Below, piece by piece: positions 46,325 through 59,889 of a DNA stretch of 64,000 nucleotides (the first letter of the stretch is position 1; each line of letters begins with the position of its first letter). Below the pieces are notes generated by a model. The model was given only the letters and a program-made list of their open reading frames with translations. It was not told the origin of the DNA and ran no database searches. Source of the stretch: Takakia lepidozioides (Eukaryota; Plantae; Bryophyta); contig CM060732.1 in assembly GCA_030704615.1 (NCBI GenBank), positions 51,212,001 to 51,276,000 of the forward strand. The letters are read 5' to 3'. Made by a program: the position numbers and the translations under genes.

Positions 46325-49300
46325 CTGCATAGGAAAGGTCACAGCTCAGTATGCAGCCTTCACCTTCAGACAGTTGCGGCATGTCATGCTCATTGTCCTT
46401 TTAGAATACATTGTGAATAGAATGCATCCTCATATACCGAGCAATAGACATGCATGTAAAGCAGAGTCCCAGCTAGGTCTGTATTATAATACGTTCTGTG
46501 CATTGTTCCTGGTTCAGGCTTATCCACTTATGCTTAAGCTAATTGGACAGAATCCAAAAGCTTCATAGAACCCCCAAGGATCATCCAGAACCTTCCTTGA
46601 AACACGAGAGCGATGACTGAAATCTAACTTGAGCTGACATATATCTACACCTGTTTACACATTCTGTAGACTGCCTCATCATATTGGATCAGCCCAGACC
46701 AAAGAAAGTGGTATATTGTCAAGTCAAGCAACATATCTACACACTTCATCACTACTGTGTACTGGCGTTCTCAAGCTACTTTCACAAATGCTCTTTCTAG
46801 TGGCCATGGATGCCCTCCTGTACACAGCAAAGATGTTTTCCAAATTCTTAAAATTCTGTAATGCCTCTATGCCCCACCACCTACACGTTCTTCCTTCAAG
46901 AATCTCCACATACATTGGTCTATTACTATGGCAAGATACCAAAATGTGCAGAGATAGAATGGTAAATGATACAGAGTCAATATCATTGACCTCTTATCTA
47001 TGCACATATTGCTATCTTGCAAGTCTAGAGATACCTGTGTGGGATAGAGTTCAGACAGTCTTTCCTTCTCTGTAGCAAAGTAGATATCTCTGCTAATATT
47101 ACAGGTTTGGTCAACAAAGAATTACCGGTAGTCCACATCATCAGGATCAGGTTTGTAGCATGTAATTTATTTGGGAAGCACAATTCAGTAAAATGCCACC
47201 AATTGCCTCGCAAACCCACACTGTTAGTTTCTGTCTCTCGTTAGGGTTGATGGCCCTAACCCACGAGGATCATCCCCCTTTAGAGATTCTTCCATGGTGG
47301 ATCCTCTGTTTGCATAACTTTGGCACCTTAAGCCAGCCAAGGATCAGATTTCTGACCGTTAGCAAGGTACTAACATTCACCAGCTACAACAATACCTGTG
47401 CCACTTGAGTTTTCCAGCCCCTTTCGGCCCTGCCGACCTTCCCTCCGAGCAGAAAGGAAAGGGCAAGTGGAAGGTACTGAAAGGTGATGATCGGCGCGAA
47501 GGAGACTGTCGGCGGGGGGCTGAAGATGTTGAAGCCGCCCCCGCCATGGGTTGCCCAGCCCACGCTATCCTCACAGATCGGGTGGACGTGTGCGATCCAC
47601 CAGGCGTCTGTCCCCCTCCTCCATGCTCGTGATCTTTTGATGTAGCAATTTTTCCCGAATTTCCGGCGCAATGCAGGCCACTTCTCGACCTTGCAAACGA
47701 TCCCCACGCAATTGATCACTGCCCCATTAGTGCATCCCAAAATCTCTGCATATCTCCATAAAGAACATCCGTTTGTCCACTCGCAACCCCCCCAAACAGG
47801 AACGGGAGGCCTTCATGAAGAAACCAAGCTACTCGAGACACCATCAAAACGATGCCCTACACACTTCCAAAAATGATGCCAGATAGTTCCCCAACTGAAG
47901 CCAGCAAGGTAATGATAATCCCTGCGCAATTGCGTCATAACACTCACACACCCAGGGCAGAAAAGAGCCCCCACGAGTCATGCTGCACCTTCCCAGCCCT
48001 CTCTACAATGCCGTCGCTCCGGTGCCATTCTTCAAAACACCACAATTTTCTTACGATCATCCAATACGATCATCCATTCACGTGCTTCTCCTGCAATATT
48101 ACAATGTTCTCTGCCAGAACTCCTGCACACGGTCAGTCATCTGCCTCTCAAAAATTGTAAATTACTCCACATCATTCCAAACCCTTCAACGTAGCAGTGT
48201 TCCAGTATCAGGTCCAGCCTGAAGCATGCTGCAAGCTTGACAACCCATCCACGGGGCAGTGTTGGCATTCTGGCAGAAATCAAAGCGGGAAAAAACTGCA
48301 GCTCAGATGTGTTCGAGGAAGTGCATCGTCAATCGAGCTTGGCAGACATATCCAAATCCCCACCAAAATTCTCGAAAGCCCCTCTCAACTTGCAACTGAC
48401 GTCGGAGATGGACACTCTGCATTCCAACGAGTCAGAAGGCGCCACTTGTCCAGTGGTGGATTCCATCTTCCGGTGGCCGGTCCCACGTTGACTCGTGATT
48501 GCCGGTGGAGGCGCAGATAACGTGAGTACTCGAGCTGCGTTTGGATTCGCGCTTTGCTTTGTGGGCAGATCCCCTGTTTGTCTGGGTGTCTGTGCTCAGA
48601 TTGTTGAGATTGCTGGATGTTCTGAAAAGGAGGAAGAAAAGAGGAGCGGGTCATGGATTCCAGCCAGGGATCGGGCGCAGGAGCAACTGCCCGCACTGGG
48701 AATTATGCTGATGGCCCTCCATGGATCTTCACTGGGCGGTAAAGTTCTCGTCTTCTTTTCAAGACTTTCAATTCATGATTTTCCTTCTAGATTTTTTCCA
48801 TAGTGTTTCTCTAGCTGTTGAAAATGGTTTTATGATCCTGCCTGCTAGTTCTAAACTTTCGACAGTGGCAGGAGCCATACCAATTTTTCCAATGTCTCAG
48901 GCCAGTGCAATTGAATTGTTCACTGGATACAATGTGGGGCATTTTCTAGCTGAAGATTCACTTGCCCTTTCCTCCAGCACTTGGAAAGTTGAAGATACAC
49001 TTTATTGACTAAGTACGATTTCACAATGCCATAACAGCAGTGACGAAGGGTGAAGAGCAAGTGGGAGAATGTTGTGAGTGCGCAATGTGAAGGAGGAGAG
49101 GTTCTCTCTACGGAATATATCAACATCATTACCCTACATGTCATTCCCTTCTTCCCAAACGACTTTGAGAAGAGAGATTTTTGCAGCAGATGAGGGAGAA
49201 GAAATTGGACAGATGATTCTGTAGATTGAAGGTGTTAGAAGGCTGGATTTGTGCAGGGCGCTGTACCAGCTACACCTAGTGAAAGCAGATGTGGCACGTC

Positions 49301-52300
49301 GCTTCATACCCCCCGAGCTCAAAGTGGTACAAGCCTTTGGGTGCGATACTTCACCCTGTCCTGAAGAGAACTCTTCTCTTATCACTGGCTAAGTCAGGAC
49401 TGGGGTCAACGGACCTGCAGAGCTAGAGCATTGTCTAGTTGGAAAAGGAGGTGAAAGTAGTTTGTGGGTCTAGTTTTTGTGGAGGGGGACATCTGTGGTC
49501 GATGCAGTGACACTGTCTGGTAACTCTACCAATTAATAAGGCAAGTGACAAGTTTTATTGTGATGGATGTGGAAGAGTACAGGTACACACTGGGAGGCCT
49601 CTACCTCGCTCACTATGATTCCAGTCCTGTTGGTGTGTTTGATGAGGTACTTATCCCCTGCACTACATTTGCTAGCTAAATGTGCTTATTGGCATCAAAG
49701 GCCTGGTAGTTGCGTATGGGTTTTCATTTCAACCGTCACCACCTGGTATCACTTTTGGCATTCAGGATTTTTCTGAAGCTCCCAGCTACGGACTGCATGA
49801 ACCTGCTTGGGTGAACAGTTGAACACTGATCAGCCCAGGACTTCCTCTTTCTTAGGATGTTTTTGCATAGCTACATTTGCAGCTATCTCTGTTTGATCTT
49901 GTGAGATCTTACTCAAAAATTTGAGTCCTCTTTGTTTTTATCTGCTGATCCAGCTGGTACTTGTGGACTGGTTGATTTATGCATGTGCAGCTAGTGGTGG
50001 TTGCAGGCATCGTCTGGAATCCTCCCACTTCATGCGCGTGCGTACTGTTTGTCACATAGTCTTCATAATGTGAAGAGAGGTGGTGTTGATGTGGATATGG
50101 ACTGAACATGATGAAGTTCTCGGAACTGTTATTGCAGTGTTTTGCTGGTTGGTTGTTGGCTGCATCAATATGGCTTCATCATCGCCAGTGATATATTCAG
50201 AATTAGGATAGCTTTTGACAAGGGTCTTTTGTATCAATGTCAGATGGGCGGCAAGGGTGCTAGTCAACAATGAAGAGGCACGAGATCATGGTAGAAAGGT
50301 ATGGGAGACTTCAATAGGTTCTTACTCGCATGTTCTGTTGCAAGATACATTAATCATCTCAGGCCTTGACAGTGCTGCAAATGTGTTTATTAGTTTGAAG
50401 ATCACTTAACCAGGCTTGACTGAAATGTTGTATGATGCCTACCTGCTGTGGTGGTGCAGGAGGTGGGGCTGCCAAGCCACACAGCTGACTTCTCACTGGT
50501 ATGGTACTGGCCTTTTACCCTGGCTATCATACAAAGATATCATCAACATTCAGTGGTAGTTGTAGATTCTGATGTGTACCACCTGCAAGAGAGGACAAGA
50601 GGCTGTGTTCTGGTTAAGTAAACCTGGACTCTTGCATTGCAGCGAGCATGTGCAGCTGAGAAGCAGCAGCAACAACGGTGGTGGGATATACTACCAAAGA
50701 AGGTGTTTGGAAAAGGATTGCGAAAAAAACCCACAGGTGGTACAGTAACTGTGGATATTGTGGAGACAAAGGCCAGCTTGCGGAGACCGCTCTGTCACAT
50801 CACCCTACTCAATAATAGTGAGTCTGAATTTCATCTTGTAGATTTCATGAGTAGATTTCTAGCACAGGCATAACCCATATATGTCATGTTGAGTACCTTG
50901 CTAGCAGGCATTTTCGGAGTTGTGCTTGCTACAAGCTTCCTTCCTTCTGGTATGCATAATCAACATACACTATTGAATTACACTGATCTACAAAACCACA
51001 GTAGTGAAGAATTATCCCCTATGTCAGGTTCCAAGAAAATCATCCTTGCTTAATCAATATTATGCCATTTACCTTGCACTCTGCTACCTAGGGTTGAACC
51101 TTACTTTTGCGAAATGTCTTGGTGCGTGATGTAGTCCCGTCACCTCATGACAGTCAGGAACCAAAACATCTTCATAACCAATTTGTTGGACTTGTGCAGT
51201 GGTGATGGGTTCTGAAGGACAGAGATGGCCTGGACTGTCAATCCGCATGTCCCTCCCCAGCTTCAGGTTGGTATTACAGTACTTCGCATCTGATGGTTGT
51301 AGAAGATATGACATTGAACTCTTAAGTGTATTTTCCACTGCCAGCTCAATCACGGTTAGATCTGGTGGTAGGAAATATAGGTACCTCATTCCCTATGGCT
51401 TCAACTGAGAGGTACCCATTGCTTCTGATTTATCTTGACAGTGGAAAGACAAAGCAGCAGCCTGAGCTGCTCAAATACGCGTGCGAACTGAAATGCAGGT
51501 GCGGGTTCCAACAGCATCAAAGCCACTGAATAGGATTTAGAGCATAAGGGTGCTGGTGCATGCATGTGTGCCTCTCTTCTGTTTGTGACAACAGTTTGTG
51601 TTGAGTGAACTTCATGTTTTACGTAGTGCCCACTGCTCAGAGCTTTCCTGGGTCCTGATTACAAAGCAACCGGGCTTTTCAACCATCATTATCACGTCCA
51701 CAAGCTTAGTGACAGGGGAGACATTTGAACAGGACGGTTCGTTCCTGCGGTGCCGGAATTTTTTCTCTCTCATAGTGAGTAGTTTGCACTTTAGGCACCA
51801 GCTGATTGCTGCTGCTCATGTGCACTCCACTGTTGGCCTTTAAACTGGAGAAATTTCTAACTGGGATCACACCGGCGTCCCCTGATCATGTAGGGTGCGA
51901 CCACTTCAGGCAGCCCTCATCTCTTTGCCTGAGATGACACATCAGGACAAGTGGGAGACCAGTGGAGACCAGGACCTGAATCCTATGCTTTCAGCAGTGC
52001 TGACTGGGAAGCCAATTGCAGCTCTTGTTTTTGAAAGAATGGTCATGCATGTCGATGCTCCACAGGTGGTGATTCCAAACTCGTCTCATCACAAACTTGG
52101 AGTGTTTCAAGGTCAAGTTGGCCACCATGTTGGCTCCTCTGTTCCAGCCACACCAGTGGAAGCTTCTTAGATGTTGCGTTTCCATTCCGCCTCCCAAAGG
52201 CCCAGAATGAGCAACTCCTGGCATTAGGGAAAACGAGAAGGCGGACATCAGGCTTTTGCCCCAAATGATCAAGTTGGTACCATGCACCATCACCATTACC

Positions 52301-52987
52301 CTCTGTCGGTGTCCTTTGAGTGTAGGTGCCAAACTGCCAGCAAATTGCGACTAAATACTAAGGTATCATAGTTCCAGTGATCCTGTCTGCACGGTGATGC
52401 CACAAGGTATTTACTACAGAAAACAGTTGTCAGTCAGCAGAGGACCATGAACCTACATAGAAATCATGACTGAATCTGTTGAGTCTAGGTGAGACAACTT
52501 AGGCTCATGGCACTGTAGTCTTGTCCATTTGATATATGATGGTGCGCATACTTTCTCTATGGAAGATGGTTTCAGAGTGGTCTGTTCCAGCCAGATGCAA
52601 GCATACATCAAGCAGATTGTTGTCAAGCAGTTTCAAAGTACCAAATGGTACTATTTTGTTTGGACAAGACCAAAGTCTACAGGCAGTCAGCTTCAAGTTT
52701 CCTTCAAACTATGCTGACACCGTCATAAGTTGATTGATAGTCTCCTCAAACTGCAAACCTTTAAGCTAAAACATATCGGTGGAGATTCTCTTCCTACTTG
52801 CATGCCGCCAATGACAGGTGTGGCATATACTAGGAGTTTGGTGATTTCTTGGCTGCTCATCATACACTACAGTAGTAATTTCTACAAATTCTACTACTCT
52901 GTGACTCTTTTCTTCAAAGACTTTCGAGGAAAATAAAAATCTCCACAGATTTTTCTACAACAAACTAAAATATCTGGACTACTATCA

Positions 52988-53937
52988 TTATGACCCTGAC
53001 TGCAAATTCACATGCCGATGGACAGTCTCCTGAGACACATGACTTGAGGTATAGCTAGCTGAGCTGTAGCCTGTCTGTGGCAGGAAAGAAACTGGGAGGG
53101 CTTGCAACCCTGTGGGCCCCTGTACAACAGGAGGAAAACCTGTTGGTAGGACGGCTGTGGCAGCAGCCATCACTCCCGGAGATGCAGCAGCCACCACAGG
53201 GGGCACAGGAATATTATAGTTTCTCTTCATGTGATTGACAGTAGGGGCAACATCATTCATCCTCGAAACTGGGACTGCAAGGCCAGGACCAAAGACAACA
53301 CCACGGAGGACGGTACCAGTGTTCCCCACCCGCACACTCAAAAGGTAGCCAGCATCAAATGACCCATCCAACACTCCGCTCACCTGCTGCCCAATTAAAG
53401 CCACATCAACAATGGCAGGGGCTGCTGCCTCACTTTTTTTCTTCCTCTGCCTTTTGGGCTTCTCCTCAGGTTTTTGGAGTGTCAACACATCCCCACCACT
53501 CTCAACCCCTTGGGCAGCCAGGGTTTCGCTCTTGCGCGGTCGCCCACGCCGCCGCTTCACCGGTTGCTCACCGGGTGTAGCCTCGCCTTCCATATCCAAT
53601 TTATTTTTCCGAGGTTTCCTTTGGGGTGCAGTTGGATCAATTAGGCCCTTCTCAACCAATTCATTATGTTCCCTCTGGGCTTGCTCAAAATACTGAGCCT
53701 TGTCTTGGTCAGGTGTAGTCACCCACTTTTGGCCCACAATTCGAGCAACCTCATGCCCAGTCACACTCTCAAACTCATGCTTGATGGCAGCTCGAACTTT
53801 AACGGCAAAGATGTTGTAGGCCCGGAGTTTGACTAACTTTCCAAGGCGGGGCTTCCTCTTCTTGTCAAAATTAAGGCTTTCTGTCACAATGTCTACTGCT
53901 TGCTCCATCTGCTCCACGTCCTCAGCCCCCTGCCACA
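52988..53937 (-). CDS. HMG-box + AT-hook protein with an MNM1/ARID-HMG-type beta-motif (main exon; short upstream exons likely, e.g. 54384-54295)
   Basis: HMG-like RAYNIF...HEVARIVGQKW...KAQYFEQA; AT-hook KRRRGRPRK; LIGQQVSGVLDGSFDAGYLLSVRVG..LRGVVF. Acceptor CAG at 53940-53938. Confidence 0.82.
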
Positions 53938-56900
53938 CTGTCCATGGTTAGGATCCAATCTGCTACTCACAAATTCTCAAAGTGAAAGCCAATTGCAAGT
54001 TTTAGCTGAATCCCACCCCCCCACCTCCCCGCCCTCAGGAAAAATGAAAACTAGGAAATTGTCAGTAAAGGACACCACTGGCAATAACTGCTTACCTGTC
54101 CAGTGAGAATGTCACGAAAAGTTCATTTTCATTGACCACGGAACAATATGTGGCATAAAACAGAGCACACAACCCTCTTAACTTCTAGAAATGGAATTAA
54201 TTGTAATATGAAACCATGTTTGATCTACAGTCTTAAGCATGGAAGTCCAAAAACAGCTACCTCTTCAGACAAGGCAGGTGCAGAGAAAGCTTACCAAAAA
54301 ACTGCCATCTTTTTCACTGTGGTTGTCACGGTGCTCTCCAGGAACTTCCAGGAGGCCCTCTTCAGGCTCCCCCCTGCGCTCCATGGAAAATGGACTCTGA
54401 GATAAGAATGGGAATTATCCAAACGGCACACAGCCTATGAGACATATGCACACTGCCTATGAGACATATGCACACTGAATTGACAACAACAACGACATCA
54501 CCGCATGTCATGGAATTGAAGAATTTTTCTTGTCCGTTGGCACATTATGGTTCCGTGTGAGATCAGGTGACGGGATAGACTAGGCTGCATACAAGTGCAT
54601 CGAAGGTGTTCTGACTAGTAACTCGAGGCCAAAAGGAGCAAAACAGGAATTTCCAAAATCCATACAAGCAGAAAGATGAGTGCATCAAGTCAGTCAGCAA
54701 AGCGTCACAAAATACACACACTGTCCAAAGAAAACACAGTCAAAGGAAATAAATGGAACCTTAAGGCCAAGAGGAAGGCGCCATTGAGAAGACTGTAAAA
54801 GCTTCACGAAGCAGAGTAGCATGATACAACTTCCCTTGCTTCACGAGCAGAAAATGTAGACACTATGTCTCTCTATCCATAAATGCCTCCAAACCGAAAG
54901 ATAGTGACTGTCTGCTTCGAGAAGGTCACCATCATATAAATCATGATCGAAAAAGGGAGGTGGACCGCTCCCAAGCAATTGGAATGAGAGGCGGTAGACA
55001 AAAGCAGTCTCAAGAAAGAAAAAGGGGAAAGGTAAGAAAGCCATGGCAAGGGAACAAACAAGCGCAGACGGGAGGAGTGGCATAGGCAACACACTCCACT
55101 TGCACAACAGAGGTCAGAACGAACTTAAAAATGAGGAAGGTACCGACGACCAATCCTGCTAACTCTGCACTTCCACGCACAGCAAATAAATGTAGGCAAG
55201 AGTGACTATTAGGAGTACAACGAAAAACCGGGAACAGACCAGAAACACCAAAGTCAGTCTCTGTAAAGACTTAAACAGCAGCAATCACGAACCAGCTCAG
55301 ACTCAGCATATATCACTCTCAGCCGCAGGAACATGGAGAAAACAGCGAACTGCAATAACAAGGTGTCAGATTAGACACCAATAGCTAAGCTTCTGCACAT
55401 CTACTGCCCTCCAAGTTGGTATCTGTGATGCCATGGGCCCACTGCAGCTTCCAGTCCATGACAGACAGGGAGAGAGATGGAATTCAAAGTTCGAAAAGAG
55501 GAGACGGCCCGACCGTTGCAGTTCCACTCGCTTATTAGACACAGACAGGGGTGTGGCAGTCACTCGAGGTCATTTCCCACTTGCTCACGCCACAGACTCT
55601 GGAGTTGCTTTTTGATCACATCAGGTTAGCCTACTCCACCAGAGTGCAGACGATGATAAAAGCGCCGTGTTTTCTCTCTCCCTAATCACTCGTGAACAAA
55701 ATAGCTACGCACTCCCTCCACTCGTTCTTTTGTGCCCTTCCCTTCCCCTTCACCTGCCTGCACATGACCGCATACCAAAGCAGACTCATAAAATTTGCGA
55801 GGGCTGCCTCCCTGCCTTCCTCGCAAAATACTTACTCAGCAAAGGACCCCGGCCATGGCCTGCCTCCACGCTGCCCCGCCCGACCGTATTCATCCATACT
55901 TATCAGTCACCTGCCACCCTCATCACGCAGCCCCCGTGAACCCCTGCCCGCCTAAATAAATAACTCCTTCCTACAATCTTAGTTTAGGCGCTGTGGAGAC
56001 CGCCATACGCCTTGCAAAGCAGTTTTATTATCGTCTTCACCTTGTTTTTGGCTGCCTGGAGAGATTCGAACCCTGACTCGCCTGGGTAGTACTCTACCAA
56101 CCCACGGGATTTTCAGTTTTTGCTTTTAATGGAAAAAAGTCAATATGCCGTACTATTACTATCTGAGTCGCTGGAGTATCCTAGACAAGTGAATTAATAA
56201 TTCGAGGATGGCCCCGCCAGAATGCCACGTCGGCCCCGCATGGCTATATCCGAATAGAAGGTTTCGCCACGAGCGGGGTGCGGGCGGGGGAGACGGAAGG
56301 TGGGCAATGGGCATGCAGAGTTTGGGGGAAGCTTCACGAGAAAGAGGGAGGGAGAGAGACTCTGTTGTTCGTTGACTGTCAGTCATGGTTCTGCATTTAC
56401 AGTCTGCAGCTACTACTAATTAGGGTTGGTTTTGAAAATAGTTTCACTGTGAAACAGGCGTCCTTTGAAAGTTCAATATATATAATACACCATAGACTTA
56501 GTCCCTGCGTCAGAGTCAGAGTTCAGACTAAGAAAGGGAGAGAAGGAGGAGGATGATCCACAAGTGGGTACCTCTTAAGGAATATGTCATTTAATGTCTG
56601 GAAGAATGTAGTCTGAAGAGAATAGAAAATGTTGGTGAGAACTACAACTGCTCTACAACTAAGATATATCACTCCTAGAACCCCAGCACTCCCTCCCCTC
56701 TCAAATAGTACACAAGCATGAAAACACGATGGGACTGTTGAGTGGGGTCTGCATCCCCTCAGAGATCACAAACTACATTGTTGCATATGCAACGAGCTGA
56801 GGCAGACAATCTCCTAGAAACAATGAGATGGCGATGAAAACCCGAAACAGAGGCAGGAATACAAGATCACTTGCTTCTATTTTTTTTTATTTTTTATTTT

Positions 56901-57599
56901 TTTTCTTGTTGTGGAATTGGCATGGATGGACTGCACCAGATTTATGGTGGAATAATACCACCATACTTTTTTATTGAAATTTTAAAATGATGTAACGATC
57001 ATCAAAACTTATGTAACTTTTCTTCTCAAGTTTTAAGTATAAACTTCATCACCAAAATTTCTTTTTGGAAATCCATTGAGATTGCATAGCCGGAAATGAG
57101 ACTCTATGGAACAAAGTGACATTATGCATTAGTTTATAGGCCTAGCTTTACATTGCCCTGCTATGATCTCGGTAATGGAATCGTGAGCAACCATAACTTA
57201 TGGTGTCACTTGATCTTGAAGAGCTATAGCCTTCCATTTGATGAGTTGACACTTGACACCTTCTAATGGCCATAATTGGAACAAAACACTTGCCCAACCC
57301 TCCCCCAAGGACTTGAAAACCCCACCGTCCACATATTAAGTAACCGGTTGATCTAGTTACCTCCATTATAGCAAATTGGCCATAACGGGTGACATTGAAC
57401 ATATACCTCTGTGTTTTTGAACCCGCGACCATTTGTAAGGAGCCCATGCCGTAAGCACTTGGCATCTTTTGGATGCTAATTCAAATATAAGTTACATCTT
57501 TTGAAAGGGAGGGATACCATAAGAGTTTGAAAAGTATAGGTACCGCCCTCGTAAGTGCCCTCAAATCAATGAATGCCCTCGGTCTAAGGACTTACCCAG

Positions 57600-57810
57600 C
57601 GTAAAGCACCACGAATTGTTTTAGTTGACGTCATCATTCTTCACTGGCACAGAAAACGTAATGCCCTGGCCAGGTTGTCCGGGGCATCACGCTTTCTGTG
57701 AATGCCCTGGACAGGATGTCACAGAATGCGTAACGCCCTATCGGGACTTGCCTCAAATCTTCACATGTATACGTCCAAATACGCTAAAAAGAAATTGGTA
57801 GTGCTTTACG
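57600..57810. mobile_element. Small MITE-like inverted-repeat element
   Basis: Ends CGTAAAGCAC ... GTGCTTTACG with internal AATGCCCT repeats. No clear TSD. Confidence 0.4.
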
Positions 57811-58326
57811 ATAAGAACTAGTGGATTTTGCTATTTGAAATCCCATCACCATGTATGTTCACTAACAATCCATTACCTATATCTTCATCTTGTAACAGAT
57901 ATGTACTTCTTGAAGAGTGAGATGACCTTTTCAACACACAACATACAATTCCAAACGATCCAAACAATTTTGTGTTAGTTCTAATGTTACCATAAGTCTG
58001 TCTATCTTCAACCCAAACTCCACTACATACAGAGCAGCCTATTTCTTCTGTCATTATCTATCACTGTATTCTCTCATTCTACTTATGTTGCATTAATTAA
58101 TTTCTTGATGGTCTGCATGGACACAAAAATCCAGATAAAATGCATGATATATTAGTTACGAATTGTACACATCAGGGTTTACTGGACAACTATGTATCGG
58201 CAAATACTGAGCCTGCGATCTGACTGCATCTGCAAACTACTGCACAATTTTTTTTTAATTTAATTTATTTTAAGCTGCACAATCATGTTACTGAAATCCA
58301 GATCGACATCTACAACTTTATCTCTA

Positions 58327-58920
58327 TCACATATGTATTGAAATATCTGTTTTGTTCTCGCTAAAAAATATTCGCAATGCATCGTTGAAACTGGTATCGT
58401 CAGATAGCAACATGGTGCGCCGTAAAGCCTCGCACTTCTGTATCGGCAGTGGCTTTTGCAAGAACGCAGCAGAAACATAAAATTTCAATGTTCTCCACAT
58501 GGACAGTAAACAGCCGGCGAATGTTCCAGACAACTGTTTGTCAGGCTTATGGTAAATTTGATACATAATAGCTCGAGTAAAGACATTTGTTGGCGTTAGG
58601 CATACCCGATTCTTGAGCTCTGTAGAACCATGCATAGCATACAATTCTTTGTCTTCTTCTAGATCTGTATCACTCACGTTTTTATGGAAAAACTGGAAAT
58701 GGGGCTGTCCGTAATCTTTTATGCAGTATCCCAATAACCCTTTCCATGTGTATAAACGTCTTAATTACTTACACATCACCATATGACCGATAGGTGGAGC
58801 AGAGTCCTATCCTATAGAGGCTTTGATTGATTTGTTCATTTGTATAAGGATGGTCATGAGCAATCGGACAATCATCTGAAACTGTAACATTCTAAATTGG
58901 CAGCCTAACTTTATACTTTA
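58327..58920 (-). mobile_element. Degenerate Replitron-like HUH transposase relic
   Basis: The reverse frame reads MLQFQMIVR (decayed HUH/Q motif) ... MCK*LRRLYTWKGLLGYCIKDYGQPHF, matching the LHT..G..GYC.KD catalytic-Tyr motif as recalled for Replitrons. Contains in-frame stops. Confidence 0.65.
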
Positions 58921-59889
58921 GATTCAAAAATAACTTTGAGATACTTGAAAATTTTCAGGATTTGTTGTCAGCAACTATAAATTACAACCATTGTGCCTAT
59001 ATTATTGAGAGAGAGCAAAATATACATTAATGGATCAAAATTTTCAGTGAACATTTATTACATTTCAATACATAGGAATTACAGAGGTCTTTGTGTGGTG
59101 ACAGATTAATAGAATCAGATTTTCAGTAGACAGAGATTCAGTAGACAGTTACTGTAGGCAAGCTAAGAAAAACAAAAACATGTCCACCCCTCTGCCAAAA
59201 TCTCAATAAATTTGTTTGCCGATCCTGATCAACATTATGAGTTTAATAATTACAACGTTTGGTAGTGCCAACCCTACGCGAATGTTATATTCATTCTTTT
59301 TAATTGTTTTTATTTCAAATTAACGTCCTAAGGTTCAGTAGATTGAATTCCAACACTCAAACACATTTTAAAGAATTATATCGGATTTTTTTTTTTGAAT
59401 GGTTATGATTTTGTTCGAGGCCCAAAACATTATAAATTGGACAATGTTTTTGAATATAACAACACAATTCACATGATTTGCACAAATGCCCAACCACCGT
59501 GCTATCATGTATTGGTTGGGTTTTTATTGGTTTTTTACATAATAAGATTTGTGGTCACTGAAACCGATAATATTTTTAAGTGGACACCACCAGTGCAACC
59601 CATGTGATTTTGGGTTCAATTCCTGCTACCTTGTTGGATGTGGTAATAATAATAATAATAATAATAATTGACGCCTCCCAAAGGAAGCGTAAATTATGAT
59701 GTCTCTTCACCTGAAGGGTTACTGCCTTCCCGTAGGAAGGTGGACACCTTTGTGAACCTTTCAGTGGATTCAACCCACAACCACTTCCGAGGTGGTATGT
59801 GGGCTACAACTTGGTTGTCCGGGTTGAAATTCATTCTTGCAAAATTCAAAACCCCGGTGCTCAAGATGAAATGGCCCGTGTGGGTTGAA

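Noticed and set aside
47380-52400. Many short ORFs with coding-like composition
   Set aside because: They could not be assembled into a consistent gene or TE model by eye; likely decayed fragments or unresolved upstream exons.
59575-59630. tRNA gene candidates (also near 39320-39360 and 56060-56090)
   Set aside because: Only B-box-like GGTTCRA motifs are present; no complete cloverleaf.
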